This document shows, in pieces, positions 61,593-64,000 of a stretch of 64,000 bases of DNA. Each line of letters opens with the position of its first letter. Within the stretch, counting starts at the first letter, position 1. The stretch lies in assembly GCF_018977255.1 (NCBI RefSeq), contig NW_024704747.1:806001-870000 (forward strand). Direction: 5' to 3'. The translations under genes and the position numbers were made by a program. This DNA is from Callorhinchus milii. Taxonomy: Eukaryota. The notes beneath the pieces were generated by a model. That model was given only the letters and a program-made list of their open reading frames with translations. It had not been told where the DNA came from and did not search any database.

Positions 61593-64000
61593 CTACACGC
61601 GGACGGCTGGAGCGGCGGCAGCAGTCAGCGGTACGGTGGAGCCACACTCGTAGTCTATGTCAATGACCGTGTGCGTGTTTGTGTTCAGACTGCTGAGCGA
61701 GGTCACCGTCTGGCGGTCTCGGAAACTCTGGATGTAACTCTGGAACCAAGAGGGATGTTCTAGATTATCACGCAGTTACCTCCATTGTGCACAACTAACA
61801 CACAACATTTATAGCACAGGAGAAGGTCATTCGTCTTGAAGACCCGATAAGGCCCTATAGCAAATGCAAGGATTATTATTATTATTCTTCGATCCATCGT
61901 GTCTGTGCTGGTGCTCCTTTCCCCGACCACTGAAGCTCTCTAATCCCATTCCTTGCTCTCTTCCCATCATGTCTGTGCTGGTGCTCGCTCCCCCCACTGG
62001 AGCTCTCTACTCTAACCCCATTCCCTCCTCCCTCTCCCCTCATCATGTCTGTGCTGGGGCTCACTCCCCCACTGGAGCTCTCTACTCTAACCCCATTCCC
62101 TGCTCTCTCTCTCTCTCCCCCCCATCATGTCTGTGCTGGGGCTCGCTCCCCACTGGAGCTCTCCACTCTAATCCCATTCCCTGCTCTCCCCACCTCGTGT
62201 CTGAACTATTGCTCGCTTCCCCACATGTCTGTGCTGGAGCTCGACCCCCCCACCAGGAGCTCTCTGCTCTAATCCCAATCCCTGCTCTCTATCTACCCCA
62301 TCGTGTCCATGGCTATTTGTGGCTGCCGCATTTTACCCACAAAATATACAGTCAATTCATTTTACAGTATATTGAGTGAAGCTCTTAGAGACGTCTCGAA
62401 GAAGTGATAAGGCACTATATCAAATGCAGGGATTATTATTATGAAAATGATGGCGCTCATTCACACCGATCGCAGCAAGAAAAAACAGATATGAAGATGA
62501 GAGTGTACCAGTTGGTTACCTTGGTGATGGGAATTAAGATAGCTTAGGGACTCACCGGAGAAAGCACGTCTCCATCGTATCGTCTCACTGGGTTAGGCTT
62601 TCTCCGGTACCCCGGCTCCTGGTACGCTCGGTGATGTCTCCTTCTCTTCTTCCTCTTCTCCTCCTTCTGTCGGATTCTCATCAGCTGGACTCTCCTCTGC
62701 TGTCGGCTGATAATCACTGGAGCCACCGAGGAAATGCGCAAGAGAAAAACAGAGAGAAAGACACAGAGAAAGAGCATCACAGTCAGTTTCTCTCTCACCA
62801 GGACTTTGCCTTTCCGCACACTTGCCCGAAGATGGACCTTCAATGGCAAATCAAACTCAACTCTTCCCACCCTCCACGCCCCCCATCCCGCCAACAAAGA
62901 GGTCGATAAATATTTCCAAACAATATTGAAGAACAGAATGAAAGAGCAGAAAACAGGGTTAGAGTAGAGAGTTCCAGTGGGGGCAACAGAGAAAGAGCAG
63001 GGAATGGGATGAGAGTAGAGAGCTGCATTGACGTACCCTCTGTGTGAGAGTAACCCTCTGCCGTGACCTTGAACTGGACCAGGACACCGAGGGCGGTGAG
63101 CACCGGCCAGACACCGAGGATGACCCAACTGTACCAGCAGATGGGCTCCGGTGGAGCCACCTTCAAGCGCTGGTAGACGTAGTGAACCAGGAGCGAGAGC
63201 TCGATGAAGTAATCAGCTGTGACGGTCATTATGGCACTGCCGAAGGCCGCGGTGGACAGCACCGTGAAGAACTTCTGCCATTGGAGCGTCAGCACGGCAA
63301 AGAGCATTCCGGTGCCCAGCAGCAGGCCGATGGGCACCCAAACAGTGCGGGGGTGGTAAAACTGTTCCATGACGACCAGTGTCGCCACGGCAATCAGCAG
63401 CCCAAGCAACAGGCCCACCATGAACAGGCCCACACTGCGGACTAGCATGGTGACCAGCCCACACAGCACGCCAATGGCCAGCCCAATCCCAACACTGGCC
63501 TCGACACTCAGCTGTGTGTCCAGCACTCGCTCCTTGTAGCACAGCAGGAAGATGACGATGGAACCGAACATCAATCCCGTCAGGAACATGATAGCCTTGA
63601 AACAGCGATAGCCTGGAGACACGGAGAGAGAACAAGAGAGAGAGTGTGTCAGAGCGGATAGCGGAGAGAGAGAGAGGGTGTCAGAGAGGAGAAAGAGAGT
63701 GTCAGAACGAGGGGAGAGTGAGTGTCAGAGCGGAGATAGGGAAAGAGAGAGAGCGTTACAGAAAGAGAGAGTGGAGAGAGAGACAGAGCGGAGAAAGAGT
63801 GCGGAAAGAGAGTGGAGAAGGAGAAAGAGTCACAAGCACACAAAAGTAAAATTACATTTATGCAGCGCCTTTCAAGACACACGGTGAATCTACCCCCCCA
63901 CCCCCCTCCCCGCCCCACCCACTGTTGAACACTCACCAAAGAAGCAGTAAATTACCCCAAAGAGACAGCACATGGCACAAACCACGGATAGCACGATGTC
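61593..64000 (-). CDS. TMEM198: Transmembrane protein 198, 5'-partial; exons 63937->64000, 63037-63612, 62556-62716, 61593-61739
   Basis: [15 protein letters not shown]|[17 protein letters not shown]...; [17 protein letters not shown]; [11 protein letters not shown]...PAVRV*. Phases are consistent. Confidence 0.93.
61894..62310 (+). repeat. ~70-80-bp tandem repeat, about 5.5 copies
   Basis: Unit CCATCRTGTCTGTGCTGGGGCTCGCTCCCCCACTGGAGCTCTCTACTCTAACCCCATTCCCTGCTCTCT. Other copies at 11295-11345, 22921-23040, 44330-44480 and 62955-63025 (reverse). Confidence 0.9.

Noticed and set aside
61894-62310. CRISPR-like regular repeats (also 4386-4689)
   Set aside because: Tandem units without unique spacers, no cas genes, eukaryotic intron context.

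Overview
Vertebrate genomic DNA. The repeat content (tRNA-derived Deu-domain-type SINEs, L2 and CR1 3' fragments) suggests a cartilaginous fish, probably a chimaera. The window has two assembly gaps. Gene content by manual exon reconstruction: a promoter and probable 5'UTR exons of a leftward gene (SMARCAL1 by synteny only), MARCHF4 (+, 4 exons), XRCC5/Ku80 (-, 21 exons, with a U12-type intron and a 1-nt frameshift in exon 6), TMEM169 (-, 2 coding exons) and the 3' part of TMEM198 (-). Head-to-head with TMEM169, where mammals have PECR, there is an intact-looking but very divergent cytoplasmic intermediate-filament gene (48115-56724). It has type III-like exon phases, a minimal head, a rod about 30 aa short, a poly-Asp tail and a GC-AG intron; this is the best candidate for something undescribed. 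A second notable signal is a 20-bp extended YY1 motif (CNGCCATCTTNNTAAAGGAG) present six times across three promoters. All identifications are by eye and from recalled human orthologue sequences; no searches were run.
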